Positions 48,478-59,005 of a stretch of 64,000 nt of DNA are shown in pieces (positions within the stretch are counted from its first letter, which is position 1; every line of letters starts with the position of its first letter). This stretch comes from an uncultured Rikenellaceae bacterium (GTDB lineage Bacteria > Bacteroidota > Bacteroidia > Bacteroidales > Tenuifilaceae). The DNA lies in the NCBI GenBank assembly GCA_964397135.1, contig CAYNHM010000023.1, forward strand, positions 1,323 to 65,322, written 5' to 3'. A program made the position numbers and the translations under genes. Under the pieces are notes generated by a model. The model made no database searches, had not been told where the DNA came from, and saw only the letters and a program-made list of their open reading frames with translations.

Positions 48478-49557
48478 TTATTCTTTCCAAATCCGACTAT
48501 CATCCGTTATGTACCAAACCGATTCTCCATCGGCACTGAGTGCCGAAAGCTTAAATCTGGTTCTGCTCACCTCAAAATCAACTTTTAAACCTTTTAGAAA
48601 ATTGAAAGGGATTTCCAACTCATCAATCCTTGTAGCATACATGTTATGTATTTCCCAGTATGCCAGTTGACTGTAATACAATTCTCTAAGTACAAATTTG
48701 ATGGGCTCATCGGGGTTGGGAATAAATTCATCTGTTCCACTCCCTGCCTGCACATCAGAAAACTGAACATACCCCCAGAATTCTGGTCGGTGCATGTTAA
48801 TGGTCCATTGTGGTGACCATACCCAGTTATGCTCTGGGTAAGATTTACCTGTATCGGGATTAATAGTCTTTACATACTCTCCATCAACAATATCTAACCT
48901 CCACTGTACTCGCGAAAAATTTACACGCCATTGTTCCCCCGAGTTGGGTCTACGCCTTTCGAAAGCGCACTCCTTTAAAACATTCCAGGGAAAAGCCATT
49001 TCTACAGTCCATGAGGTGTCGGTATCGGAAGGGTTATTAAGGGTTCCCCTTAATTTAATGCCAAACTTAAACCCGGCAATATCCCAGGCATTCATTGGAA
49101 TGCCATCGTTGAGGTATGGTTTTGTCAGGAAAAGGTCCCAAAGTGTTCCCAATGCATTTAACTCTAACTCGTAGTAGGTATGGGTATCGCCATTGGCATC
49201 GATAAAAACTTCAAAATCATTCTCATGGAAAACAACGGATTCGCGCTCGGTATAGGTTGCCCACAGATGCGGTTCTTCAAGCTCTGCTGCAATGTAAAAG
49301 TAATCATCGTCCCAAAGCATTTTTGCTCTGGTATTATAGTATGGTTTGGGCATATGTGGACCCTCAATATCCAAAAAGTGATCAGTCCAGGGTACATTTT
49401 GCCAGCTAGGTTCGTTGAGCAAACCATCCAATACTATATTTACATTGGTTCTATAGCAAACATAATGCTTAGGATAATTCTCTAATAGTTTGGCCTGTCC
49501 AAATGTTAACATTGAACACATTGATAATACGACAATAAACAAAACTTTAGTTTTCAT
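48478..49557 (-). CDS. Secreted CBM9-like (carbohydrate-binding family 9 / DOMON-like) protein
   Basis: Signal peptide. The blocks WDDDYFYIAAELEEPHLWA and NDFEVFID...YYELELN are typical of CBM9-like proteins. Confidence 0.6.
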   Translation of the reverse strand: MKTKVLFIVVLSMCSMLTFGQAKLLENYPKHYVCYRTNVNIVLDGLLNEPSWQNVPWTDHFLDIEGPHMPKPYYNTRAKMLWDDDYFYIAAELEEPHLWATYTERESVVFHENDFEVFIDANGDTHTYYELELNALGTLWDLFLTKPYLNDGIPMNAWDIAGFKFGIKLRGTLNNPSDTDTSWTVEMAFPWNVLKECAFERRRPNSGEQWRVNFSRVQWRLDIVDGEYVKTINPDTGKSYPEHNWVWSPQWTINMHRPEFWGYVQFSDVQAGSGTDEFIPNPDEPIKFVLRELYYSQLAYWEIHNMYATRIDELEIPFNFLKGLKVDFEVSRTRFKLSALSADGESVWYITDDSRIWKE

Positions 49558-49598
49558 TGGTAATGCATTATAAGTTACTGATCTATATGCCTATCTCA

Positions 49599-52109
49599 TC
49601 AATCAACCATAAAATCTCCCTTTTCAATGCTCCAGTCACTGCCAAAGAAACCCGATACTTTAACAGCGTCAAGCCCTTCTTTTATCCAATCTACGCTAAA
49701 AATTAGGAGATCTGGAAACCCTGTGATTCCAGAGAAATAGTCATTAGCAAAAGTTGCATTCATTCCTGAATAGCCTGTTCCGGCAACAACGCCAATACTT
49801 GCAATTTGGCTATCGTTACGAGGGTAAATAAAATAGGCTCCAAGGTCTTCCCCTTCCATTACTTTTTTGCCAAAAACAATCCTGTTGTTGCTAACCTGAA
49901 CAGGACAATGATTTAGCAGCATATTCCAAGCCTGGTTGTTGTTAGAATTACCATAGATAATCACATTTCTGTCCATATACTTCTCTGGTGAAAAATCCAC
50001 ATCGGGAATTACATCGAATGATCCATTGGCTTTATATAAAAATGCTTCAGCATCGTAGCGTGCTTTGTTTCTGTACCATTCATTCTCCTCATCGGTTCCC
50101 TTAGTTGCGTAAACCAAAACCACATTATTAATGAATGCCAGCTTAAACCCGCCATAGCGCTGAGGATACTTTTCTGCAAGATTCAGTGCGTTTACTACCT
50201 CCCATTTACCATTTACCTTCTTCAGAATAATATCATCAGAAGTTTTAGGGCATATATTCTGCTCTTCGATATTTATAACAGGATCACTTGCCAAGTCAAG
50301 CATTGAAAGATGAATGGTAATGCTCTCAACGTTTTGCAGCTGAGCAAAAATTGTATCATTAGCTAATCGAAGATTGGCAATGCTGTTTAAGTAAGATTTA
50401 TCCTGCTGGTTGATGGTGATCCAGTAGTTTGAGGCTGAAACTCCTGGGGATGCAGTATGAAACTCGATATTCTTAACATCCTTAGCCAATGGAATGATAT
50501 TCTGTTTTAGAAAATTGAAAAGCGGAGGCCAATCCATGCAATGATCGCCATACCAATGGGAACCACCAGGGTATTCGTAGTAAGTGAAATTATCGTGGAA
50601 TTTTCCCAGATTCTCCCTCATCATTCGGGCTTGACCAACAGGGACAACCGCATCGGCACCCCCATGAAGGACATAAACTCCTGACTGTAAATAGTTTCGC
50701 ATAATATTTAGCACTCTGCCAGCAAGTGCACCCCTTTCAACCATCTGAAAATGGGGTTTGGCAAGCATAGCTGTATCCGTCCCAGTTCTACGATATCCAA
50801 TGATATCAGGATACCCAGCAGCAGGAGCTATTGCAGCCCATTTATCGGGATAGGTTGCACCTAAAAACCAAGTTCCATGTCCTCCCATAGAATGGCCTGT
50901 TAGATATGTTCTCTGGAGATCTGTGTCGAAAAGTTTAAGCCCTTCTTCCAGCACCTCTAGAGCATCTAGCCTACCCCACTCCTCCCAGTTAAAACCAAAT
51001 GGACGCCGATTAGTTGGTGCCACAATATGAGCCCAATCCTTTTGCTTATATGCTCTTGCCTGGTTAGTTGCCTCAACAGATGCACCATGTACCGACAGGA
51101 CAAAAGCCTGTTTTGGTTCATTTGAAGTGGATGGAACAACGCTAAAATACTGAACGCTGCCATCAATTCCACTCACAAAAGTTCTTTCGTGATGTTTACT
51201 TGCATCCTTAACATTAATATTTATCTGAGTCCTGTCCACCTCATTACCACTTTCATCCCTTAGTACTATCGTTGCAGCAATGGTTTCCTTTTCATACTTC
51301 TTAGACAATGCTGGTATTCTGAACTTTATCTTTCCTACGATCATTGGCATTAAATAATCAGTAGAGTAACTTTGCTTTTCTCCAGTTTCCAGAATACAAT
51401 CAATGTTTAATCCTCGTTGGTATTTTTCGCTGGCATTAATAACTCTTACAGCACCCCATTTTGCATCAGTTTCGCCAATTATTAATGATGGTAGAGTAAG
51501 GTCTCTGTTTGAAAACATCAGCTCCTTACTAGGGATCACTATTTTGGAGGTTACCCTGCCAAATCTTCCATAAGTATATATAAAGGTATTCTCACCCTTT
51601 TTGAGTTTAAAAGGAATTAGGGTATGCCTATAATCGTAATGATCGCCCTCATGTGGCTCACCATTGATGTAAATACGGGTATGTCCAGAGGCATCCAAAA
51701 GGGCAATCATCTCCTCGTGTGAGTTAAACTCAGTGTAGACATATGCCCTGTAAAGATCTCCTGTAAAATAGCCCGATGTGTCAACCCTTATTGTTTCCCA
51801 CTGTAACATGGATCTAACCCCAGAGCTGTTGTATGAGTGCCCTAAAAATTGGTTGGCTACAGGCTTCTGAAATTGCTGGGTGGCAATCTGCCAGAAAAGG
51901 ATATCTTGCGAACCATTAAGCATTCCTGGGCGAATGGCATTTCTTAAGGCAAACCCATCAGTAAACTCATGTAAAATAAGTCCTTCTTCTGTAGTTTCAA
52001 CTTTATCACGACCAAAGATTTCCACTATATTCCCAGTCCTTTGTCCAAAAGACTCAAAGGATAATAAAAATACAATAGTTAGTAGTATGGCTCTATAATC
52101 TCTTTTCAT
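49599..52109 (-). CDS. Secreted large alpha/beta-fold serine hydrolase (S9 peptidase/esterase-like core with unknown N- and C-terminal domains)
   Basis: Signal peptide, central GHSMGGHG nucleophile elbow, downstream GGADAVV and GGSHW blocks. Confidence 0.5.
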   Translation of the reverse strand: MKRDYRAILLTIVFLLSFESFGQRTGNIVEIFGRDKVETTEEGLILHEFTDGFALRNAIRPGMLNGSQDILFWQIATQQFQKPVANQFLGHSYNSSGVRSMLQWETIRVDTSGYFTGDLYRAYVYTEFNSHEEMIALLDASGHTRIYINGEPHEGDHYDYRHTLIPFKLKKGENTFIYTYGRFGRVTSKIVIPSKELMFSNRDLTLPSLIIGETDAKWGAVRVINASEKYQRGLNIDCILETGEKQSYSTDYLMPMIVGKIKFRIPALSKKYEKETIAATIVLRDESGNEVDRTQININVKDASKHHERTFVSGIDGSVQYFSVVPSTSNEPKQAFVLSVHGASVEATNQARAYKQKDWAHIVAPTNRRPFGFNWEEWGRLDALEVLEEGLKLFDTDLQRTYLTGHSMGGHGTWFLGATYPDKWAAIAPAAGYPDIIGYRRTGTDTAMLAKPHFQMVERGALAGRVLNIMRNYLQSGVYVLHGGADAVVPVGQARMMRENLGKFHDNFTYYEYPGGSHWYGDHCMDWPPLFNFLKQNIIPLAKDVKNIEFHTASPGVSASNYWITINQQDKSYLNSIANLRLANDTIFAQLQNVESITIHLSMLDLASDPVINIEEQNICPKTSDDIILKKVNGKWEVVNALNLAEKYPQRYGGFKLAFINNVVLVYATKGTDEENEWYRNKARYDAEAFLYKANGSFDVIPDVDFSPEKYMDRNVIIYGNSNNNQAWNMLLNHCPVQVSNNRIVFGKKVMEGEDLGAYFIYPRNDSQIASIGVVAGTGYSGMNATFANDYFSGITGFPDLLIFSVDWIKEGLDAVKVSGFFGSDWSIEKGDFMVD

Positions 52110-52181
52110 ACTTTTTTTTAAAAAAATTATTGATCACAAAACTTATTGCTATATTGCAAGGTAAATCGATTTAGGTACAAA

Positions 52182-52230
52182 TGTAAAAATTACTTTTTAT
52201 TATATTAAATAATGTTGTAAAAATTACTTT
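52182..52230. repeat. Two direct copies of TGTAAAAATTACTTT (52182-52196, 52216-52230), each containing GTAA-N3-TTAC
   Basis: Identical 15-mers read directly from the sequence, 34 bp apart, 18-66 nt upstream of the first glycosidase ATG. Confidence 0.6.
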
Positions 52231-52247
52231 ATCAACAAAAATTAGCC

Positions 52248-54842
52248 ATGAAGTTTAAAATTTTACTAAATCCATTCATTCTTCTTTTGCTGCTTGCTTG
52301 TAACGAGGAAAACAAATCCTATATGTCAAGTATTGCAATTACTTGGGAGATTATTAGCAATACCCATAAGGATCTTCCAGCATCTAAAGCAGCGTTCACT
52401 CTTTACAATAACAGCCAACGCTTACTGGATGGAAATAACTGGGAACTCTACTTTAACCAATCACCACGAAATATCATAAACAGCAATTACGACAGCATTA
52501 GCCAAGTACATGTTGAACATATCAATGGTGATTGGTATAGGATTAAACCCAAAAAGGACTTTTTGCTAAGATCCGGTGAGCATATTACCATTTTCTACGA
52601 AACCAGTCATTGGCTTATCAAAGAATCGGACACCCCGATAGGACTATACTTTGTTAACACTGATGAAAAAGGGAATAAAACTATCACCGAGGTTGAAGAT
52701 TATACCATAAAGCCATTTGAACGCCCAGAACAAATAAGTCGGCATAAAAATGATTTTTTATCTCAACCCACTCCACAGAAAGCTTTTGAAATGAATAGAG
52801 GTCTATGTTTACTACCTGAGAAAGAAATTCTAAAGATTATTCCATCACCAAAATATATTAAAGTTGAGAACAACAAGGTCGTTTTTTCCAAAGAACTAAT
52901 CATTTTTTACGATGATGATGAAATACTTTCTGAAGCCACTGTGCTTAAAAAACAACTCAACAATCTCTTGGGTTGGAATATTCAAATTAGAAAAGGCAGT
53001 GCCATAATGGTAAACTCTGTGCAGCTTTCGAAAGATAATGCCGTAGAAGTATCGCACGAAGCCTATCGGCTCAGGATTAAAGAAGATAAAACAATCCACA
53101 TCGAAGGCGATAAAACCGGTATATTTTACGGGATTCAAAGTCTGATTGCCCTTTTACCCATTCAAAGCATTATTGAAAAAGGAGAATCGATAGAACTGCC
53201 TTTGATCGCCATTGATGATTCGCCCCGATTTGCCTACAGGGGAGTCCACGTTGATGTTGCTCGAAACTTTCATCCAAAGGAAACCATTATTAAGGTTCTG
53301 GATATTCTAGCATTCTATAAAATCAACACGCTGCATATTCACCTAACCGATGATGAGGGCTGGCGTATCGAAATACCAAATTTGCCAGAACTAACAAAAG
53401 TGGGTGGCCAAAGAGGGCATACAACCAAGGATTCTCCATCGCTCCATCCCTCCTATGGCTCGGGACCAACCCCCTATACAAAAAATAAACAGGGAAGCGG
53501 TTATTTTACCCGTGAAGAGTATATTGAAATCCTCCAATATGCCAAAAAAATGCATATCAAGGTAATACCAGAAATAAACCTACCTGGTCATGCTCGTGCT
53601 GCTATTAAGGCAATGGAAGCAAGATATTTGCATTACATGCAAAAAGGTGATGCTGATGCTGCCAATGAATTCAGGTTGATTGACCCCGAGGATAAGTCGG
53701 TTTATCTATCTGCACAACACTACAACGACAACATAGTTAATGTAGCTAGAGAATCAGTTTACAATTTCCTCGAAGCGGTTGTAGATGCCATGGTTGACAT
53801 GTATTCTGAAGCACAAACTCCTCTGGACATAATCCATATTGGGGGCGATGAGGTTCCAAATGGTGCATGGACACAATCGCCCATGGTTGATGCATTGATG
53901 ACGGATTACCCGGAAATTAAACATCATGAAAACATGCATGTTTACTTCACCGAGAGAGCCCTTGAAATTTTAAACAACAAGGGTATTAAAATGGCAGGCT
54001 GGGAAGAGATTGCGTTACATACCCATAACAGTAATGTCCCAAACCCTAAATTTGCCGATGGCAGGGTAATACCCTATGCTTGGAATAGCTTATGGGGTAA
54101 ACAGGATCTTGCTTATCGTCTGGCAAATATGGGATACCCTGTGGTAATGTGTCATGTTTCAAATTTTTACTTTGATTTGGCTTACAGCAACCATCCTAAA
54201 GAGCCTGGCTTATACTGGGGCGGTTTTGTTAATACCCGTAATGCTTGGCATTACAATCCGTTCGAATTGTTTAAATCAACCCTGATTGATAATATGGGAA
54301 GACCTATAAACATTGATATTGAGTATAAAGACATGGAACGTCTTAAACCCGATGCCAAGAGAAATATTCTTGGGCTTCAGGCCCAACTGTGGGGCGAAGC
54401 CATTCGTGGACAAGAAATGCTTGAATACCAACTCCTTCCTAAACTAATAGGTTTTTCTGAAAGTACATGGGCCCCTAAACGTCGTTGGGAAAGCACAACC
54501 GATGCCACTGATCGTGCTATGCAGGTGGATGACGACTGGAATATCTTTGCTAACACATTGGCACAAAGGGAACTTCCCCGTTTATCATATCTTTTTGGGG
54601 GTTACAACTATCGGGTTCCTCCTCCCGGCGCATCTATTTCAGATGGACTACTACATGCAAATCTGGAATTTCCGGGCCTACAAATCAGATATACCGTTGA
54701 TGGGAATGAACCGACATTGAGCTCATCGCTTTATGAAAAACCTCTTGAAATAAAAGGGAATTGTATTAAAATAAAGGCTTTTGACAGATCTGGAAAGTCT
54801 AGTCGAACCATTGTGCTAAAAAACTCTCAAAATGAAAATTAA
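52248..54842 (+). CDS. GH20 beta-N-acetylhexosaminidase (chitobiase-like architecture), lipoprotein
   Basis: Lipobox LLLACN, RGVHVDVARNF, HIHLTDDEGWR and the GGDEV catalytic block. Confidence 0.85.
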   Translation: MKFKILLNPFILLLLLACNEENKSYMSSIAITWEIISNTHKDLPASKAAFTLYNNSQRLLDGNNWELYFNQSPRNIINSNYDSISQVHVEHINGDWYRIKPKKDFLLRSGEHITIFYETSHWLIKESDTPIGLYFVNTDEKGNKTITEVEDYTIKPFERPEQISRHKNDFLSQPTPQKAFEMNRGLCLLPEKEILKIIPSPKYIKVENNKVVFSKELIIFYDDDEILSEATVLKKQLNNLLGWNIQIRKGSAIMVNSVQLSKDNAVEVSHEAYRLRIKEDKTIHIEGDKTGIFYGIQSLIALLPIQSIIEKGESIELPLIAIDDSPRFAYRGVHVDVARNFHPKETIIKVLDILAFYKINTLHIHLTDDEGWRIEIPNLPELTKVGGQRGHTTKDSPSLHPSYGSGPTPYTKNKQGSGYFTREEYIEILQYAKKMHIKVIPEINLPGHARAAIKAMEARYLHYMQKGDADAANEFRLIDPEDKSVYLSAQHYNDNIVNVARESVYNFLEAVVDAMVDMYSEAQTPLDIIHIGGDEVPNGAWTQSPMVDALMTDYPEIKHHENMHVYFTERALEILNNKGIKMAGWEEIALHTHNSNVPNPKFADGRVIPYAWNSLWGKQDLAYRLANMGYPVVMCHVSNFYFDLAYSNHPKEPGLYWGGFVNTRNAWHYNPFELFKSTLIDNMGRPINIDIEYKDMERLKPDAKRNILGLQAQLWGEAIRGQEMLEYQLLPKLIGFSESTWAPKRRWESTTDATDRAMQVDDDWNIFANTLAQRELPRLSYLFGGYNYRVPPPGASISDGLLHANLEFPGLQIRYTVDGNEPTLSSSLYEKPLEIKGNCIKIKAFDRSGKSSRTIVLKNSQNEN

Positions 54843-56670
54843 TTTTTTTTGGGCTGGCTTTAAGGTAATGCTATTTGCCATTCTAATTACGCTATCCCTG
54901 GTGAAACAAACTATAGCGCAGCAGGGCAATAGCGTAATGGATGATTCGTGGGAAACACTTCGTAATCGCCCTTACCCTCAGTGGTTCAAGGATGCCAAGC
55001 TGGGAATTTTCATCCACTGGGGCATTTACTCAGTTCCCTCCTACGGAGGAGCTGAATCGTATGCCGAATGGTACCTGAGAGGATTGCAATCTGGTGCACA
55101 GAATCGCATTGACTTTATGAAAAAAAACTGGGGCGATGATTTCACCTACAACGACTTTGCACCGCTTTGGAAAGCGGAGCTATTTGATGCCAATGAATGG
55201 GCTGAAATATTTAAAAAAGCAGGTGCCAAGTACATCATTCTGGTATCAAAACATCACGATGGGTTCTGTCTTTGGCCAAGCCAGTATGCCAAAAATTGGA
55301 ACAGCGTAGATGTTGGTCCAAAAAGGGACATCGTTGGTGAACTTGCCGATGCAGTAGCTAACAAGGATATTAAATTTGGCCTTTACTACTCTCTACCAGA
55401 GTGGAATAACCCATTACATCGTTGGTATATAGATCCACACGATTCAATTGGCAGATATGTTCAGGAGCACATGATTCCACAGTTTAAGGAGTTGGTTGGC
55501 ACATACAGGCCCCACGTTCTCTTCACCGACGGAGAATGGTTTAACCATTCTGAGACATGGAACGCCCGTCAGCTAATCGCATGGTATTACAATCTGGTTG
55601 GCAATGATGCCATTGTGAACGATCGCTGGGGACATGGGAGCGATATAGGCTTTAGAACGCCCGAATACAGTTCGGGAGGTTTGCATGCCGATCGACCCTG
55701 GGCTGAGGTACGTGGGTTGGGTCGATCGTTCGGGCTTAACCGGAACGAGAAGCTAAGTGCCTACATGACATCTCGCGAGCTGATCCATCTCTTTGCCCGA
55801 ACAGTAGCATACGGAGGAGGACTTATTATTAACGTGGGTCCATCGGCCGATGGAAAAATACCATTGCTGCAGCAAGAGAGAATTGAGGATCTGGGAAAGT
55901 GGATTAATATAAACGTTGATGCTATTTACGGTTCAACCCAATGGAAACGAAGCGGTGAAGAAAAAGAGGTTACTCTAAAAAGAATTGACCCAATGATCGA
56001 CTTTAACTGGGTGCGAAATTCACCAGGACCTCCTATTTCTGAAGATAATTTTACCGCCATTTGGACTGGATATATCCAACCAAATCAAACCGAAACTTAC
56101 GAATTTTCGGCTATTGCCGATGATGGGATACGCATTTACATTGACGGAAATCTTTTACTTGATCTTTGGGAACAAGATTACGAGAGCACCAACTCAGAGG
56201 CGATGAGGGAAGATACAGGATTACAAAAACTTAACAGGGTAAATTTAGTGAAAGGGAAAAAATATCCCATAAAAATAGAGTATCGCGAAGATTTTCAAAA
56301 CGCCAGAATATCGCTTTTCTGGGAAAGTATATCGACACCAAAGGAAGTAATTCCTATGGCTAACTTGTTCACAAGTGATAAGCTAGAACAAGGAGATGGC
56401 CTTAATGCAATGTACAAATCTATGCGTCAACACATTGCCTACACCCATAACAATGGAAACCTATATGTAATTTCCTTTGAATGGCCAGGCGATGAGCTAG
56501 AATTACCCATTCCACAGCCTAAAGAAGGTACGAAAATCAGCATGTTGGGACGTGAGGGAAACTTGGAGTGGAAGCATGAGGGCAAATTGATCATAAACCT
56601 AAAACAAATTAAGTATAACGAAATGCCTAGCCACTATGCTTGGACTTTTAAAATTGAAAATTATGAGTAA
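54832..56670 (+). CDS. GH29 alpha-L-fucosidase with a C-terminal PA14-like domain
   Basis: FIHWGIYSVP and SKHHDGFCLWPS blocks. C-terminal FTAIWTGYIQP...DDGIRIYIDG is PA14-like. Confidence 0.8.
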   Translation: MKINFFWAGFKVMLFAILITLSLVKQTIAQQGNSVMDDSWETLRNRPYPQWFKDAKLGIFIHWGIYSVPSYGGAESYAEWYLRGLQSGAQNRIDFMKKNWGDDFTYNDFAPLWKAELFDANEWAEIFKKAGAKYIILVSKHHDGFCLWPSQYAKNWNSVDVGPKRDIVGELADAVANKDIKFGLYYSLPEWNNPLHRWYIDPHDSIGRYVQEHMIPQFKELVGTYRPHVLFTDGEWFNHSETWNARQLIAWYYNLVGNDAIVNDRWGHGSDIGFRTPEYSSGGLHADRPWAEVRGLGRSFGLNRNEKLSAYMTSRELIHLFARTVAYGGGLIINVGPSADGKIPLLQQERIEDLGKWININVDAIYGSTQWKRSGEEKEVTLKRIDPMIDFNWVRNSPGPPISEDNFTAIWTGYIQPNQTETYEFSAIADDGIRIYIDGNLLLDLWEQDYESTNSEAMREDTGLQKLNRVNLVKGKKYPIKIEYREDFQNARISLFWESISTPKEVIPMANLFTSDKLEQGDGLNAMYKSMRQHIAYTHNNGNLYVISFEWPGDELELPIPQPKEGTKISMLGREGNLEWKHEGKLIINLKQIKYNEMPSHYAWTFKIENYE

Positions 56671-58984
56671 AGTAAAACAAGTAGTATTCTTGGTTGCTTT
56701 GATTGCTACCGTTTCAGGATGCAACAATAAGCCTGATTATGATCGTATTAGCATAATTCCACAACCCGTACAAATAAAAATTGCAAAAGGAAATTTTAAG
56801 GTTGTGCCAAGCTCTTCAATTGATTTTCAGGATAAAAATCTTGAATTCTTGGCCATTTATGCTTCAACCCTTTGGGAGCAATACCTTGGATTTCCTTTGA
56901 ATATTGAGAAAAGCGATGCTTCCAACACCATATTATTCGAAATCAACAAGGATTTTGACAATACTATTGGTGAGGAAGGGTATTTTTTAAACATAAAACC
57001 ATATCAAATTTCTCTATCAGCTAACACAGTTGCAGGAATTCTCTATGGCATACAAACCATTTACCAGCTGTTAAGTACTAATTCAAATGGTACCATTCCA
57101 TGTTTAAACATTGTAGACTACCCCCGATTTGGCTATCGTGGAATGCATCTCGATGTATCGAGGCATTTTATGCCCATTGAGTTTATATATAAGGTAATCG
57201 ACTATATGGCAATGCATAAGCTCAATGTTTTTCACTGGCATTTAGTGGACGATCAGGGATGGCGGTTGGAAATCAAGAAGTACCCTAAGCTAACCGAAGT
57301 GGGTGCTTGGCGAGTAGATATGGGAGATAAACACTGGGACAGTCGATCATATACTGAGGCTAAAAGTGGACCCGCAACTTATGGAGGATTCTATACACAG
57401 GAAGAAGTAAAGTCAGTGTTAGCCTATGCTGCTGAGCGAAATATTACCGTTATGCCCGAAATTGAGATGCCAGCCCATGTAATGTCGGCTCTTGCAGCAT
57501 ACCCAGAATTTTCGTGTACTGGTAAAGATCTGGGGGTGCCTCCTGGAGGAGTATGGCCAATAACACACATCTATTGCGCTGGGAATGATGCAACATTCAA
57601 GTTTTTGGAAAATGTTTTAATCGAGGTTATGGATCTTTTCCCATCAAAATATATACATATTGGAGGTGATGAAGCAGATAAAACAGAATGGAAAAAATGC
57701 CCAAAATGTAAGAAAAGAATTAAGGAAGAAGGGCTTAAGGATGAAAATGAGCTGCAAAGTTACTTTATCAAACGTATCGAAAAGTTCCTGAACGAACATG
57801 GACGTAACCTTGTAGGTTGGGATGAAATTTTAGAAGGAGGTCTTGCTCAAAACGCTACGGTTATGTCGTGGCGTGGCGAAGATGGAGGTATAGAAGCAAC
57901 TCGACAGGGCAACACTGTAATAATGACACCCGGCAGCCACTGTTATTTTAATCATTATCAGGGTGATCCTTCAATTGAGCCGCTTGCTGGAGGTGGTCCT
58001 ACAACCCTTAAAAAGGTATATTTTTACGAACCTATTCCATCTGTGCTTACTAACGAACAAGGCAAGTTGATATTAGGGGCTCAGGCTAATCTATGGGCAG
58101 AATTCTTAATCACCCCAAAGCACGTTGAATATATGGCATTTCCACGCTTGGCAGCACTTTCCGAAGTGCTTTGGTCGCCTGCACAACATCGCAACTGGGG
58201 TAGTTTCTCCAGAAGAATGGAAGCACAGTATAATCGTTACAAACATCTAGGGATTAAATACTCGAAAAGCGCTTTTCAGGTATCCATAAATCCAAGTTTG
58301 AATATTAAGAACCGTAGCTTGCTCATTGAGCTAAGCTCAGAGGTATTCGAGCCAGAAATACGATATACTCTCGATGGTACAGAGCCGAAATCAACCTCTC
58401 CAATCTACAAAAAACCCATTGAAATTTTTGGAAGCACAACCATTTCCGCGGCTGCTTTCCAGAATGGTCAATCGAGCGGACAGGTTTTGTCGCGAGAATT
58501 TATTATTCACAAAGCTTTTGCCTCCAAGATTACCCTTGAGTACCCCAACAGTCCCCGTTATGACGGTCATGGGAAATACAGCCTTGTAAACGGTGTTAAG
58601 GGTACTACAAACTTTCACGATGGAAACTGGAAAGGGTTTCTTGGCGATGATCTGGTGGCGACCATAGACCTTGGCACAGCCAAAAGCATAAGCAGCATAA
58701 AAGTGAATGCAATGCAAAACTATGCTTCGTGGATATTTTACCCCCAGGAGGCTATTTTTTTCTCCTCAACCGATGGCGAACTATTCGAAATTTTGGGTAA
58801 AGTTTCAAATCAGATATCTCCCTACGAAGGCGGAAAACTAATACAAACCTTTGCTATTGAGCAAAAAAAGGATAGTATACGCTACGTAAAGGTACATCTG
58901 CGAAACCTTGGGGTATGCCCTCCAGGGCATTCTGGCGAAGGGGAACCAGCCTGGCTTTTTGTGGATGAGATAGTTGTTGAATAA
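56663..58984 (+). CDS. GH20 beta-N-acetylhexosaminidase with a C-terminal F5/8 type C (discoidin) domain, lipoprotein
   Basis: Lipobox VSGCNN, RGMHLDVSRHF, HWHLVDDQGWR, GGDEA, and a C-terminal discoidin-like block ending WLFVDEIVV. ATG at 56663 preferred. Confidence 0.85.
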   Translation: MSKVKQVVFLVALIATVSGCNNKPDYDRISIIPQPVQIKIAKGNFKVVPSSSIDFQDKNLEFLAIYASTLWEQYLGFPLNIEKSDASNTILFEINKDFDNTIGEEGYFLNIKPYQISLSANTVAGILYGIQTIYQLLSTNSNGTIPCLNIVDYPRFGYRGMHLDVSRHFMPIEFIYKVIDYMAMHKLNVFHWHLVDDQGWRLEIKKYPKLTEVGAWRVDMGDKHWDSRSYTEAKSGPATYGGFYTQEEVKSVLAYAAERNITVMPEIEMPAHVMSALAAYPEFSCTGKDLGVPPGGVWPITHIYCAGNDATFKFLENVLIEVMDLFPSKYIHIGGDEADKTEWKKCPKCKKRIKEEGLKDENELQSYFIKRIEKFLNEHGRNLVGWDEILEGGLAQNATVMSWRGEDGGIEATRQGNTVIMTPGSHCYFNHYQGDPSIEPLAGGGPTTLKKVYFYEPIPSVLTNEQGKLILGAQANLWAEFLITPKHVEYMAFPRLAALSEVLWSPAQHRNWGSFSRRMEAQYNRYKHLGIKYSKSAFQVSINPSLNIKNRSLLIELSSEVFEPEIRYTLDGTEPKSTSPIYKKPIEIFGSTTISAAAFQNGQSSGQVLSREFIIHKAFASKITLEYPNSPRYDGHGKYSLVNGVKGTTNFHDGNWKGFLGDDLVATIDLGTAKSISSIKVNAMQNYASWIFYPQEAIFFSSTDGELFEILGKVSNQISPYEGGKLIQTFAIEQKKDSIRYVKVHLRNLGVCPPGHSGEGEPAWLFVDEIVVE

Positions 58985-59005
58985 AAGTCAAAACATTTCA
59001 TCACC

